64,000 bases of DNA from Octopus sinensis (Eukaryota): positions 149,916,001-149,980,000 of the forward strand of contig NC_042999.1 of the NCBI RefSeq assembly GCF_006345805.1, in the 5' to 3' direction. Below are positions 27,007 to 40,358 of the stretch, piece by piece. Every line of letters begins with the position of its first letter. Within the stretch, counting starts at the first letter, position 1. The notes beneath the pieces are model-generated. The model searched no databases. It was not told where the DNA came from and saw nothing but the letters and a program-made list of their open reading frames with translations. The translations under genes were made by a program, and so were the position numbers.

Positions 27007-29051
27007 TTAACGGGTAGTCATGATGGGTATATTGGGCTTCGTATATTTTACCCCAGTGTCACTTTGATGGCATGAACTGCTCTCTCACTCAATAATAATA
27101 ATAATAATAATAATGATAATAATAATAATAATGATGATGATGATGATGATGGTGATGGTGGTGGTGGTGGTGGTGGTGGTGGTGGTGGTGGTGAATGCCC
27201 TGATGCAGTACCAGACAGTGGCTCTCATGTCTTCTGATCTTAACTGATTGGAAATGTTATCATGTACATTGTTTTGTCTTGGTATAAAAGATGGGCTACA
27301 GCAAATATTCTGTAACAATTCTGAAAACAACACCTCCGCCTTCGCTAAGGTGGAGGTAATAATAATAATAATAATCAGTAACTGATGGCGAGGGGGAAGA
27401 GAGAGAGATTACATCCTTCATGAATTTTGAGAGGAGTTATTCCCCCGGGGCCCAAAAGCAGTTTTGTTTCACGTTCTGCAAAATTTCTCAAGGCCCTAAG
27501 TATAGGGTACGATTATAGGGTATGAACGCTGTGTCCTTGATTAGTCGTCTGATATGTTATGGATATGCTAGGCTACCAGCGAGAGATAGAATTTATTTTC
27601 TTGATTACAAGCACGTTTCACGAAGCTCTATCTCTTCTCTGTTTCAATGTTTGTATTTTTTTAATTACCTTTGAAGTGAACACGAAAAATAGGTCATAAT
27701 ATTAAAGTAGGTCATCATATCGATTGCTTCTGTTGTTGTTTTTGTTTAGTTAGGTCAATCTAATTGAGCTGGCCTATATTTCAAACGCAATACATTTTAT
27801 CCCTAACTATCCCGCCATTTTCTTTATATATATATATATATATATTCTATTTAATTAGTCTAAATAGTCTCGTTAAAGTATTCTGTACCACAGAAACCTC
27901 GAGTGAAAAGTGAGAGGTTTATCCGCTGGTTGTAAGGAGAAACCAGAATGTATAGGTATGTGCGCGCGCGTGTGTTTGTGTGTGACAACATATATGACTC
28001 TTTCTCTCCTCTCTCTCTCTCTCTCTCTCTGTACACACACACACACACACACACACCACACACACACACATACACACACACAAACATACCCACACTCACA
28101 TATTCGATGTTTTCTATCCAAAGGGGTTTTTCGCATGCTATTATTTATAAGTTTATGTGTGTCCTCGAGATACATTATTCTAAAAAAAGGTGTGTACACA
28201 CAAACACACACACACACACACAACCATTGCTAACACTCGTAAGCGAGTATCACTTGACAGCATGGTTTTGTTAATTATTTTAGGTGCTTAATGTTGTCAT
28301 GAGCCGATATAAACACTCTCTGGCCGTATCGACTCCAGCTACCCCGTTTTTTTTTATACCTGACATTGTGCTCTTAGGAGTACATTTTTTTATGTGTCTT
28401 GTTAAAGCATCCAAATTTCCCTATATTTACACACTACCATCGAAATAAAAAGAGATAAATTGAATAATAAGATATGGTCGTGGCTGCAAAATCATTGATT
28501 ATGAGTCTGTTCTCTTCAAGTCTGACCAAGGGTTATACAACAGCAATAACAAGAACAACCACTCGACTAATTCTCCAAGACCTAGGAAAATTTCATTACC
28601 AGACATTTTATCAAAACCATTGCGCGAAGAAATGATACTGGTTGAATCAAAGTGCACTGGAATGTTTTCACAAATCAGTAGCGGTTTTATGTTACTGAGA
28701 AATGTAACGGATGCAATGGTTATTAATATTGATATCGCGTTAGTTAAAACTTGGCGAGACAGTGAGGTATGCACCAAATGAATTAACAGAAGGTAAAAAG
28801 TTAATTCTTACGGGTTTTATTTATCTGTAGCAATTCATCGTTAGGGACGATGAGCAGAGACTGAAGTCGTCGGCTGTTGGGAATGTTAGCAACAAGGTTC
28901 GCACAACTTTTGGTAATGTTTGTGTCAGATGTAATGGATAGAAAAAGATAGATGTGCGACGTCTAAGAGCGAAAATGAACTGTCCGCAAACATTCGGAGA
29001 GCGTGACAGAGCTAAGGACAGTAGCCGTGTACTTTTGGCCAAGTGCTAGGT

Positions 29052-29113
<62 letters not shown>

Positions 29114-29697
29114 AAGAGAGAGAGAGAGAAAGAGAGAGAAAGGGAGAGAGAGAGAAGTGTTGGACTGTAAACAAGATTAATGGTACTGCATGTGATGAGG
29201 GGCGCATGAAGCCATTCATAATCTCACTATTATATAATCATCTCATTCATATTCGTTCTATGTATTGTCCCCTCTGTAGTGTCCTGTCTGTTCTTGTTTG
29301 TCACCCCTCTATTTTGAGCCCTTGTGGCTATAATAAAGAAAAAGAGGGGTGTTAACTCTGTTAAATGCTGCGTAAAAGAGAGAGAGGCACGTTTCTCTGG
29401 CAAAATACCGAATGAAAGAGAGAAAGAATTCTGTTTGGGTTCTGTATTTATACATGTCCGAAAGTAGAAAGTAGGTTGGCAGAATAAAGATGGTGAATGC
29501 ATTTATCTGTGTTAAACTAAATTTAACCTAAAAGGATAGGGCTTATCTAAGTTTAACGGGGTATGACAGACGTCCCTCGTAAATTTCCATATACGAATGC
29601 CGAAAACAATGGAAAGAAGATTACAGAAAAATCTAGGCTAAGGTTTTGGATTCCCAAATTAGTTCAATATTGGAATCGGTCTTCAATAACAATATAA

Positions 29698-30086
29698 AGC
29701 AAGAGCACTCAGAAAGCGTAAACCTCCGCTAAGGCAATACAAACGTCCTCTCAACAACGATAAATCCAGGGATGATTTTTAAAATGAGAATATCTGAAAT
29801 AAACTCGATTGCTCTCACAAACAAGAATACTAAAAATGAACCCGACCGCTCTCAAAAATTAAGTAAAAAAAAAAAAAAAAAAAAAACCCTAAAAATTACC
29901 CAGAATCCTTGTCCGCCACCGGATCGATCGCAAAATCTAATCAGTTTGTGCCAGTCATGAGGCCAAGCATCTCTGAAAGTTTCCTCCGAATCCATCCGGC
30001 GGTTCTTGAGATATCTTGTCTGCGGACAAACAAACAAACAAACATGACTGAAAACAATACCTCCGCCTTCGCTAAGGCGGAGGTAA
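29698..30086 (+). mobile_element. Non-autonomous Helentron-like (HINE/DINE-1-type) element
   Basis: Subterminal ACCTCCGCTAAGGC near one end; (CAAA)n then hairpin ACCTCCGCCTTCGCTAAGGCGGAGGT at the other. The same end occurs alone at 27319-27358. Confidence 0.7.
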
Positions 30087-30657
30087 AAATACAAAATATA
30101 AAAATTGTTACAAAAACACGCACAAACAAAAAAATTATATCTGGCTGCGTGATAAAATGTTTGTATACCAACCATATGGTTCCGAGTTCAGTCCCACTAC
30201 GTGGTACCCTAAGCAAGTGTCTTCTACTATAGCCTCGAGCTTACCAAAGCCTTGTGAATAGATTTGGTAAACGGAAACTGAAAGAATCCCGTTGTATGCG
30301 TTTCGGCAATAAGAGACCGATAGAATAAGTACCAGACCGTCTTTACGTTCAGAGTTCAAATTCCGCCGAGATTGACTTCACCTTTTATCCTTTTGGGGTC
30401 GATAAAATAAGTACTAGTCGAGGACTGGTGTCAATGCAATCGACTTATTCCATGATCGAACTTGCTGGCATGTACCAACATTTTTCATCCAACATTTGAA
30501 TAAGAAATGAAAGACAAAATTACATGCTTTAAGTAATAAAGTAACAGTTAGACTTGAAAAAATTTCAACTGTTGCATCTGATGTTTCGGCAGTTTACTCA
30601 AATTTCCAGACTGGAATGTCTGGCCTGTTTCCTCTTGTCTCGTCAGCATCTGCGACT

Positions 30658-30712
<55 letters not shown>

Positions 30713-31312
30713 CGCTTTCCTTTCCTTCCTTCTTTTTCTTTCTTTTGTCATTTTTCCTTGTTCAGTAGTCATTAGACATATCCCACTATTACCACCGCTG
30801 TTATATCGGAACAATCACTTTGTTTTTTCCTTTCTTTTTCTTGTTGAAATAGTTTTAAAAAGTGTATATGAAAAAAGGAAAGGAAATACAAATACAAATT
30901 ATATCTTGCTCCCCTCTCTCTCTCGATCTCTCTCTCCCCTCCCTCTTTCTCTCCCTTTCCCTCTCTCCTTCTCACTTAGTTATTTCCTCAATTAGAATTA
31001 AAACTGGCTTCTTCTGTTTTATATTTTCTCTATCATGTCTGGCGATCTTTCTGAATTTGTACATATAATATGGCGGGCAAACAGAAGCAAAGTAGGCCGA
31101 TTGAAACTGAAAGACATGCACTAATAGTCATCGTGCACGTGTTTCTAATGCCTTATATATATGTATATATATACTTTAACTTGTTTCAGTCAATTGACTG
31201 CGGCCATGCTGGGGCACCACCTTGAAGCGTTTTAGTCGAAGAAATCGACCCCAGGGCTAACATTTTTTTAAAACCTAGTACTTATTCTATCGGTCTTTTT
31301 TGGGCCGAACTG

Positions 31313-31360
<48 letters not shown>

Positions 31361-31777
31361 AAAAATTTATATATAAGGAACGTGAAATACACGAAAGGAC
31401 GAACACGGAAAACAGACAAGTCATTCGAAGCCTTCAATCTCCAGTCAGAAACCGAATCATATATATATCCACTCACAAGGCTTTGGTTGTCTCGAGGCTA
31501 TAGTAGAAGACACTTGGCCAAGGTGCCACGCAGTGGGACTGAACCCGGAACCATGTGGTTAGTAAGCAAGCTACTTACCACACAACCACTCCTGCTCAAC
31601 TTGGCCATATATATATATATATATATCACGCGTTCAGTGACCGCAGTGCAAGGTAAGGTGAAATGTTTTGTTCAAGAGCACAACGCACCACCCAGTCTAG
31701 GAAATGAAATCACGTTTTGCTACATTGCAACGCCCTAACCACTAAGCCATGTACACTCTCCCCTCTCTCTCTTTCTG

Positions 31778-31834
<57 letters not shown>

Positions 31835-32075
31835 ATTATTATTATTTGAGAAACGCTATATATATATATTTTGAGCTATTAATAACTTCATGCTATAAAA
31901 ACATCTCAGACAGCAATTTTTTAACACGTCTGGTGAGACAAAATGACATGGTCGGGTGTGGTATGCATGAATATGCATGAATATAAGAAATAACTTCGTC
32001 CTCAGTGCCAGGAACCAACAATCACGGACTTTTTCTCCACCGTACTTAATTTATTGAACTCTCACATTGTCTTAC

Positions 32076-32347
32076 GATGACTGGAAGGCGATGGGGGTTG
32101 GACAGTAAAATATAAGAAAAGGGCTTCCTCAGAAAAAGTGAATTCAAACGGAAGAAGCAAGATGAGACAATCGTGGAGGGTGAGGACGACGAAGACGAGG
32201 GCGAGAAGAAGAGGACCGTGCTACTCTGGAACCGTATGGAATTTCCAGTCCTTTGAGCAGCCAACGAGAGATTGTTGGATGATTCGAACGTATGCAAAAA
32301 GGTGAAGGAAAAGACAAAATGCAGACCGCGGAAGAGATGGGCTTCGC
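32076..32347 (-). other. Candidate exon (Ser/Phe-rich), possible continuation of the vWA locus
   Basis: Strong acceptor ttcattatttctttcacttgtctgttccacatag, donor GTAAGA at 32075; lies in open frame 32046..32423, phase-compatible with the preceding exon. Confidence 0.3.
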
Positions 32348-32411
32348 CTATGTGGAACAGACAAGTGAAAGAAATAATGAAAAGTAATTTAAAAGTATAC
32401 AAACAGTTATA

Positions 32412-33024
32412 CAGGGTGTTCAAAAAGTCTCTCCGCAGTAAGTATTTTATTGCAAAATAAATATTTATAAGATGGTATAAGACTACAAAAGAATATATTA
32501 GAATTTACAAGGCTTTAAAAAACTTTATAAGAGGTGTTGAAAGTGTCGGTCTTCGTTTTCAATACATAAAATTTAATTTCTTTTTACTGCCGTATGAGCA
32601 CTTCCTAGGCTGATTTCCGTTTCCTGTGACAATTTGCGTTAGGACTTTGACGGGTTTGCCAACAGTTTATCAGCAATATTGGTGAGTGTTTCGTCTGAAA
32701 GAACAGTAGGCTTACCGCTTCTTGCTGCATCTTCCACTGAGCCTGTGTTTCCAAATTTTCTTATCAAATCCCGCACAGTGTCACGATGTGGAACAACGGT
32801 ATTTGAAAAAGTTTCACTGAACTGAAAAGTTTCACAGTCTCTGTGTATTTGTTCCAGCTTAAAACACCTATTCAATTAAAAACATGGTTAGCATGTTGAT
32901 ATGCTGAAGGGTACACAATGACCGAGGGGCAATGGCTGACACCCAGCCACCCACGCAGTGATAGCCAAGTTGCGCATGCGCAGGATGAAAAAATTCACTG
33001 CGGAGAGACTTTTTGAACACCCTG
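32412..33024 (-). mobile_element. Internally deleted Tc1/mariner transposon
   Basis: Perfect 28-bp TIR CAGGGTGTTCAAAAAGTCTCTCCGCAGT, TA TSD, HTH remnant TVRDLIRKFGNTGSVEDAARSGKP. Confidence 0.92.
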
Positions 33025-33050
33025 TATAAATCAGGTTATACCTTTGTTAC

Positions 33051-33219
33051 CAGGAAGACGTGATCTTTTTACATTCACCTCGACACCTGAATTACACACG
33101 GACACTTTCGAGACTTGAACATTTTTGAGTAGATCACTGCGAAGTACATGGAGGCGAAAGGTGGTCATGTTTGTGGTTGTGTTGGTGGTGGGAGATCAAA
33201 TCCGAGTGGTGGCTTCTTC
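33051..33219 (-). pseudogene. Thr-rich linker pseudo-exon ending in a Cys-containing segment
   Basis: aaactag|EEATTRI*SPTTNTTTNMTT...SVCNSGVEVNVKRSRLP G|gtaaca. Confidence 0.35.
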
Positions 33220-33296
33220 CTAGTTTACGGGGTGGTGTGTTCATTTCTTTTTTTTTTTGTGTGTTTTATTCATGTATGTCATTTAATTTATAACTA

Positions 33297-33808
33297 CCGT
33301 AAATACTCGAGTACAGTCCGCTCTTGAGTATAATACGCAGGGGATTTTTAGAGGACTGTACCTCTGACAAACCTAAACCTTGTGTATAATATGCACCCCT
33401 TCTCTAACTTGAGTCAAGGAGATCTATATAACGTCCTTGATTTGTAAAAATGTATACGGTAACGTCCTTTATTATTATTGTATATAAACATAATGCAAAC
33501 GTGTAGCTTTTTTTGTGCATTTTGTTTGCAGAAAATAAAGAAATAACACTAATAACGTTTAATAAATGTTGCTTAATGCAAGTTATGGATGATTCTTTTA
33601 TGACTTCATTGCTTTCTGGCTTAGCTTAAGGTATTTTCGCGCCCGACATCCCAAAATGCGTCTGAATAAACATTGCCGGACAGCAAATAGTGACTCGGAC
33701 ATTGCTTAGAAAATATTTTTCATTTTTAACCTTGTATATAGTACGCACTAGGGATTTTGACCTTTAAATTTTGGGGAGAAAATGCGGATTATACTCGAGG
33801 ATTTATGG
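33297..33808. mobile_element. pogo/Tigger-like MITE
   Basis: TIRs CCGTAAATACTCGAGTACAGTCCGC / GCGGATTATACTCGAGGATTTATGG; TA flanks. Confidence 0.85.
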
Positions 33809-34261
33809 TATGTATCTGTGTAAAGCGGCGAGCTGGCAAAATCGGTAAGGCGTCGGACAACAATACTTAGCGGCATTTTTTCTGGCTCTTCACGATCTGA
33901 GTTCAAATACACCGAGGTCGATTTTGCATTTCATTCTTTCCGGGTTGATAAAAGAAGTACTAGTTGAGCACTGGGATCGATGTAATCGAATTACCCCTTC
34001 CCTTAATATTGCTGGCCTTAAGCCAAAATTTGAAACCATTAATATCTGTGTATGAATATATTCACTTGGCTACCTGTGTAAATTTTGAAGAAAATCGTGC
34101 CCTGATATATTACTGTAACGTCCTTGTTGCGCTCGTGGTATTTTATATAACTACACTTACACATTCCTGCATGTCTTAATAACACGTTGTTGTGTTGTTA
34201 TAAATACGAACGGGAGCTGGTAACGAGGCAAAACAGAAGAAAGGATTAAGAAATTATTATT

Positions 34262-34860
34262 ATTATTATTTAGCAGCCTTGCTCTTTTTTATTACATGCT
34301 TTCATTGCAATGTCAAGCGTTGCTTTGTGAGTCTTTGGAATGTTCAGCGTTTTGTTTTTAGTTTTACATTTTCTGTTTTTTTTTGACAATCCTCTCCGTA
34401 AATATGTGTTAAATGCCTACTAGCGCAGTTTCTTTTTTATATATGCTTATTTGTATATTCTAAAACATATATTTCCTAAGGCACTTCCTTTTTTTTTTTT
34501 AATTGTTTCTGTTTACAATCCCTCATTCAGGTTATTTTTATTTCCATGTTTTTCCATATGTGAATAATTTCCCCTCCGATATGAGAGACATTTATTATCT
34601 GCTGGAACAGATACTTCGATTACGAAACAGTTCTTTCCATGGATGTCCTTGGCAACTATTTCTGGACGATTAACTTTGATCTCTTTCTCCACTTGGATTT
34701 GCATTCTAGAGTACAACTTTGTATTTTTCGCGACCTTTTGTGGTGTATGTTTAGCCAACCTCTTTTCTACTGGTATTTGTTAAAGCAGACAACATTTCCA
34801 GTGTGTAAAAAAGCAGAAAAAGCCTCAACTCTATTACGCCTGTAGACATGTTTTATAATT
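34262..34860 (-). mobile_element. Degenerate Dong/R4-type LINE fragment
   Basis: EIKVNRPEIVAKD..CFVIEVSVPADN; adjoining (ATT)n. Confidence 0.75.
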
Positions 34861-35084
34861 ATCTTTCTATTTGTACACCTAATTGTCAATCAAATACACA
34901 CATTTTAGCATCTCACTTTTACTATTCTTCAAAGTCACTAGCAACCTCCGGCCCTTTTTGATACATTTAAGCTTTTCATTTAAAAGATTGCATCTTTTTT
35001 TTTTCTGTTTCGTTTCATTCTTGCTCATACAACGTTAAATACGATACTTGTTGGAAAAGTTTAACAAACTACAAATTTTTTTTA

Positions 35085-36730
35085 ATGGTGTGGCTCGACT
35101 CATGACAAGTAATATCTCACGCAGCCCACTGGTCGAAAAATGTTTCTCGCATCTGTTTTAACCCATGCTCTTGCACATGCCCACTCACGTTTTTGCCTCC
35201 AGAACACAAATAGAATTAATGAGCACACAAGGAATTAATATATAAGCAAAAAGTTACCAGCCTAAAATAGTGTTGTGGTTAATAATCTGATGCAGACCAT
35301 TTGACAATGTTGGTGTTATTGGCAGAGACATGCAGCACGAAACTGAGGACCTACCAAAATTAATGGGGGAATAGAGATTCCTGGTGCAACGTAGAGAAAT
35401 GTATCTTGGTATGGGATGCTTGGAGGAGGAGGATATCCATCTGTGTTTGACACTTAATGTAAATACATTGTTGAAAGGCAAGTTTACTGCATTGTCCGTC
35501 TTGAGATAACATTTCATGTATCTGCTGCATTAAAAATATAATATATATCGAAGGGTGATGAAGATCGTCTCGTAATTAATCAATCAATCAATCAATTAAT
35601 TAATTAAAATTTCTTGGTAAAGAAATTGCTCTTCTTTATTTCTATATTTTGTCACTAACTTATCTACTATTTCTCTTTCATGTTAACTCATTGAAAAATA
35701 CTTTACTATTCTACCATTCTACTGTATATTAATATTAACACGTAGTGCAGGCATAATTATCTGGTTAAGTTCGCTTCACTCCACGATCACATGGCACAGC
35801 ATCCTGATCAAGTGTTTTTATGTGAGTGAAATTTGGTTCACGGGAAATGTATAATAACCTATCAAAGGAACCGTTCCAGTTCTTGGGTGACGTACATATT
35901 CTACCGCCTGGCTGGGGTGTATGGGGTCTCAGGAAGGGATAGCACCTTTGATGGAGGAACACGTCCCATTCTTAGGGATGGCACCCAAAACTTAGCTTTA
36001 GCTTCAAGCAGTTGTTTGCATGCAACGGGGGCCACACTTCAGTAAACCGCTTCGGGTAGCCAACGGGTATGTAACTCTTGGTAAGATAGGGCTTGCCTAC
36101 CTATGCATGTGAAGTCTGGCTCCGGTAGACTCTGCGAAAGAAACCTTCATGGTTCAACGAAGAAGAAAGTAACTGCAGCAACGCATTGTGGAGTGCAGAG
36201 AACAAGATGTCATCAACTGCATCCATCTCCATACCCATCCCCATCCCCAGGTGTCTTGATCTGGTCTTGCCGCTGGATTAAAGATGGTTACGGACGAGAG
36301 AATGAGGTTGACGGTGCGCCTTCCTCACTTTAAAGAAAGTCACCACACACACAAGTCGCCAGTCATCTCCAGGATAACTTGATGGTCATCGTCGCCCCGA
36401 GGGACGAACATGCATCGCCCTCTTTAACACCATCACTTGTTCTTTGAACGTCTTAAAGTAGAACTGCAATGTTGACAATTCGGCCCAAGTCTCCAGTCTG
36501 TAAAAAACTTCCTTCTATTCATCCGCCAGTCACGACCTTGAAAGGCGCCATGGTTGCTGCTCATACCTCTCCCACTCAAACTTATCTAAAAATATTGCTA
36601 CTGACTGAAAGAATTATGGGTCATAATGCACAAGAGGTGCTCCTGTGTTGAGACATAACTTTCTTAGATGATCAAAGCTTTGTGAGTGCAATATTTCTTT
36701 GTTACAGTCTTTCTTCTGCGCTTAAATTTC
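35085..36730 (-). pseudogene. vWA-like pseudo-exons (36730-36567; ~35452-35258; ~35196-35085)
   Basis: YCTHKAL..LLCIMTH with a GAG|GTATGA donor; CQTQMDILLLQAS...VLHVSANNTNIV..PQHYFRL|GTAACT; HGLKQMRETFFDQWAA* / REILLVMS. Confidence 0.55.
35840..36500 (+). mobile_element. RTE-like 5' leader fragment
   Basis: GC-elevated island resembling RTE/BovB 5' regions (GGCACCC..GCCAACGG..GTCTGGCTCCGG..GGTTCAACG); by-eye similarity only. Confidence 0.4.
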
Positions 36731-37524
36731 CTTACAGATATATTAAAAGGTAAGGGTTACGCTAGCACAACCTGATCTAGATAAATTTTCCACCAGTTTG
36801 TCAATAAAAAAAATAAAAAATTCCAGCGGTTGTCAATAACTAAATGTGTCGGGTGCCTCACAAAAGGTAGCTATTTATAAATAATCTATGAGAATTTTCT
36901 TGCTATCTTTAGAATCACGGAAAAGTGTTGCTTTGTTTGAGTGAGAAACTCAACATCGTTTATAACAGCAATTCACATAGAAATAGGAAAAAATAGAAAT
37001 CAACTCAGTGTCGCCGGCTATTTTGAACAATAATAACGGAGAAATTCGGTGATGGGAAAATGCATTTTATTTACAAAACTTGCTTCTGCCAGTTTTGTTA
37101 ACTTACAATCTCCTGTCATTTAATTTGATAATATTATGCATATACACATACATACATACATACATAATACATACATACATACATACATACATACATACAT
37201 ACATACATACATACATACACACATGCATTTATATATATATATATATATATAATTAATTAATAAGGGTGAGAGAATTAGATACTAATTTAATAGTATATCT
37301 ATTCAACACCAAGTGGCCTAGTGCTCCGAGAAACCTGGATTATTATAATATTTTATAACATATTATAATATTTTTACAAAATAAATATAAGAGAGTGGTC
37401 ACTATATGGCTCACTCTAGCACCAGTTAATCCAAAAGGTTTCAACCACGAAAATACATGTTTCCCATGAAGTCAGTACGATTGTTAGCTCACACGGACAG
37501 GGCAAATAAAAAATAACAAAAATA

Positions 37525-37623
37525 CAGATTATTTTGGGACAATTGTTTCGCTATTAATGAATTAAATGTAATTTTACTTACAAAAAAAATCCATTTGTAG
37601 CTCGTCAGCCAAAACTATCTGGA
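37525..37623 (-). ncRNA. Type-I hammerhead ribozyme, inverted copy (-)
   Basis: Plus strand reads TTTTGGGACAATTGTTTCGCTA...TAGCTCGTCAGCCAAAA, the reverse complement of the motif. Confidence 0.88.
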
Positions 37624-38214
37624 TGAAATCCACTCAATCACACGCCAGATTTTACCATAACGATAAATACGCGTGTGGTTCAATTGATTACATCCGACGT
37701 TATAATTCAAATGCCCCAACCAACAGCGCGCCAAACTCTCACGGAAAACAAATACAGCATTTAGAAATAAATGCAGCATAATTATAATTAATTAATAAGG
37801 GTGAGAGAATTAGATACTAATTTAATAGTATATCTATTCAACACCAAGTGGCCTAGTGCTCCGAGAAACCTGGATTATTATAATATTTTATAACATATTA
37901 TAATATTTTTACAAAATAAATATAAGAGAGTGGTCACTATATGGCTCACTCTAGCACCAGTTAATCCAAAAGGTTTCAACCACGAAAATACATGTTTCCC
38001 ATGAAAGTCAGTACGATTGTTAGCTCACACGGACAGGGCAAATAAAAAATAACAAAAATACAGATTATTTTGGGACAATTGTTTCGCTATTAATGAATTA
38101 AATGTAATTTTACTTACAAAAAAAATCCATTTGTAAACGTCGGATGTAATCAATTGAACCACACGCGTATTTATCGTTATGGTAAAATCTGGCGTGTGAT
38201 TGAGTGGATTTCAT

Positions 38215-38312
38215 CCAGATAGTTTTGGCTGACGAGCTACAAATGGATTTTTTTTGTAAGTAAAATTACATTTAATTCATTAATAGCGAAACAATTGTCC
38301 CAAAATAATCTG
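38215..38312 (+). ncRNA. Type-I hammerhead ribozyme, copy 1 (+)
   Basis: TTTTGG-CTGACGA-GCTA..(AT-rich loop)..TAGC-GAAA-C-AATT-G-TC-CCAAAA: intact CUGANGA and GAAA core, stem II GCTA/TAGC, minimal stem III with palindromic AATT loop, GUC triplet ending 38299, stem I TTTTGG/CCAAAA. Confidence 0.88.
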
Positions 38313-38750
38313 TATTTTTGTTATTTTTTATTTGCCCTGTCCGTGTGAGCTAACAATCGTACTGACTTTCATGGGAAACATGTATTTTCGTGGTTGAAAC
38401 CTTTTGGATTAACTGGTGCTAGAGTGAGCCATATAGTGACCACTCTCTTATATTTATTTTGTAAAAATATTATAATATGTTATAAAATATTATAATAATC
38501 CAGGTTTCTCGGAGCACTAGGCCACTTGGTGTTGAATAGATATACTATTAAATTAGTATCTAATTCTCTCACCCTTATTAATTAATTATAATTATGCTGC
38601 ATTTATTTCTAAATGCTGTATTTGTTTTCCGTGAGAGTTTGGCGCGCTGTTGGTTGGGGCATTTGAATTATAACGTCGGATGTAATCAATTGAACCACAC
38701 GCGTATTTATCGTTATGGTAAAATCTGGCGTGTGATTGAGTGGATTTCAT

Positions 38751-38847
38751 CCAGATAGTTTTGGCTGACGAGCTACAAATGGATTTTTTTGTAAGTAAAA
38801 TTACATTTAATTCATTAATAGCGAAACAATTGTCCCAAAATAATCTG
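38751..38847 (+). ncRNA. Type-I hammerhead ribozyme, copy 2 (+)
   Basis: Same motif; CTGACGA at 38765, GTC ends 38834. Confidence 0.88.
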
Positions 38848-39285
38848 TATTTTTGTTATTTTTTATTTGCCCTGTCCGTGTGAGCTAACAATCGTACTGA
38901 CTTTCATGGGAAACATGTATTTTCGTGGTTGAAACCTTTTGGATTAACTGGTGCTAGAGTGAGCCATATAGTGACCACTCTCTTATATTTATTTTGTAAA
39001 AATATTATAATATGTTATAAAATATTATAATAATCCAGGTTTCTCGGAGCACTAGGCCACTTGGTGTTGAATAGATATACTATTAAATTAGTATCTAATT
39101 CTCTCACCCTTATTAATTAATTATAATTATGCTGCATTTATTTCTAAATGCTGTATTTTTTTTCCGTGAGAGTTTGGCGCGCTGTTGGTTGGGGCATTTG
39201 AATTATAACGTCGGATGTAATCAATTGAACCACACGCGTATTTATCGTTATGGTAAAATCTGGCGTGTGATTGAGTGGATTTCAT

Positions 39286-39383
39286 CCAGATAGTTTTGGC
39301 TGACGAGCTACAAATGGATTTTTTTTGTAAGTAAAATTACATTTAATTCATTAATAGCGAAACAATTGTCCCAAAATAATCTG
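39286..39383 (+). ncRNA. Type-I hammerhead ribozyme, copy 3 (+)
   Basis: Same motif; CTGACGA at 39300, GTC ends 39370. Confidence 0.88.
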
Positions 39384-39821
39384 TATTTTTGTTATTTTTT
39401 ATTTGCCCTGTCCGTGTGAGCTAACAATCGTACTGACTTTCATGGGAAACATGTATTTTCGTGGTTGAAACCTTTTGGATTAACTGGTGCTAGAGTGAGC
39501 CATATAGTGACCACTCTCTTATATTTATTTTGTAAAAATATTATAATATGTTATAAAATATTATAATAATCCAGGTTTCTCGGAGCACTAGGCCACTTGG
39601 TGTTGAATAGATATACTATTAAATTAGTATCTAATTCTCTCACCCTTATTAATTAATTATAATTATGCTGCATTTATTTCTAAATGCTGTATTTGTTTTC
39701 CGTGAGAGTTTGGCGCGCTGTTGGTTGGGGCATTTGAATTATAACGTCGGATGTAATCAATTGAACCACACGCGTATTTATCGTTATGGTAAAATCTGGC
39801 GTGTGATTGAGTGGATTTCAT

Positions 39822-39919
39822 CCAGATAGTTTTGGCTGACGAGCTACAAATGGATTTTTTTTGTAAGTAAAATTACATTTAATTCATTAATAGCGAAACA
39901 ATTGTCCCAAAATAATCTG
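39822..39919 (+). ncRNA. Type-I hammerhead ribozyme, copy 4 (+)
   Basis: Same motif; CTGACGA at 39836, GTC ends 39906. Confidence 0.88.
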
Positions 39920-40358
39920 TATTTTTGTTATTTTTTATTTGCCCTGTCCGTGTGAGCTAACAATCGTACTGACTTTCATGGGAAACATGTATTTTCGTGG
40001 TTGAAACCTTTTGGATTAACTGGTGCTAGAGTGAGCCATATAGTGACCACTCTCTTATATTTATTTTGTAAAAATATTATAATATGTTATAAAATATTAT
40101 AATAATCCAGGTTTCTCGGAGCACTAGGCCACTTGGTGTTGAATAGATATACTATTAAATTAGTATCTAATTCTCTCACCCTTATTAATTAATTATAATT
40201 ATGCTGCATTTATTTCTAAATGCTGTATTTTTTTTTCCGTGAGAGTTTGGCGCGCTGTTGGTTGGGGCATTTGAATTATAACGTCGGATGTAATCAATTG
40301 AACCACACGCGTATTTATCGTTATGGTAAAATCTGGCGTGTGATTGAGTGGATTTCAT

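Noticed and set aside
28830-29050. CpG-rich island ending in AG|GTAAGA as a coding exon
   Set aside because: Stops in all plus frames and no recognisable product; a non-coding exon cannot be excluded.
31108-31145. TGAAAGACATG matching the start of miR-71, in a hairpin
   Set aside because: Only 11 nt match and the stem is ~13 bp, too short for a pre-miRNA.
32272-32400. CRPRKRW as an RTE C-terminal motif on +
   Set aside because: No other RTE motifs; minus-strand splice signals explain the segment better.
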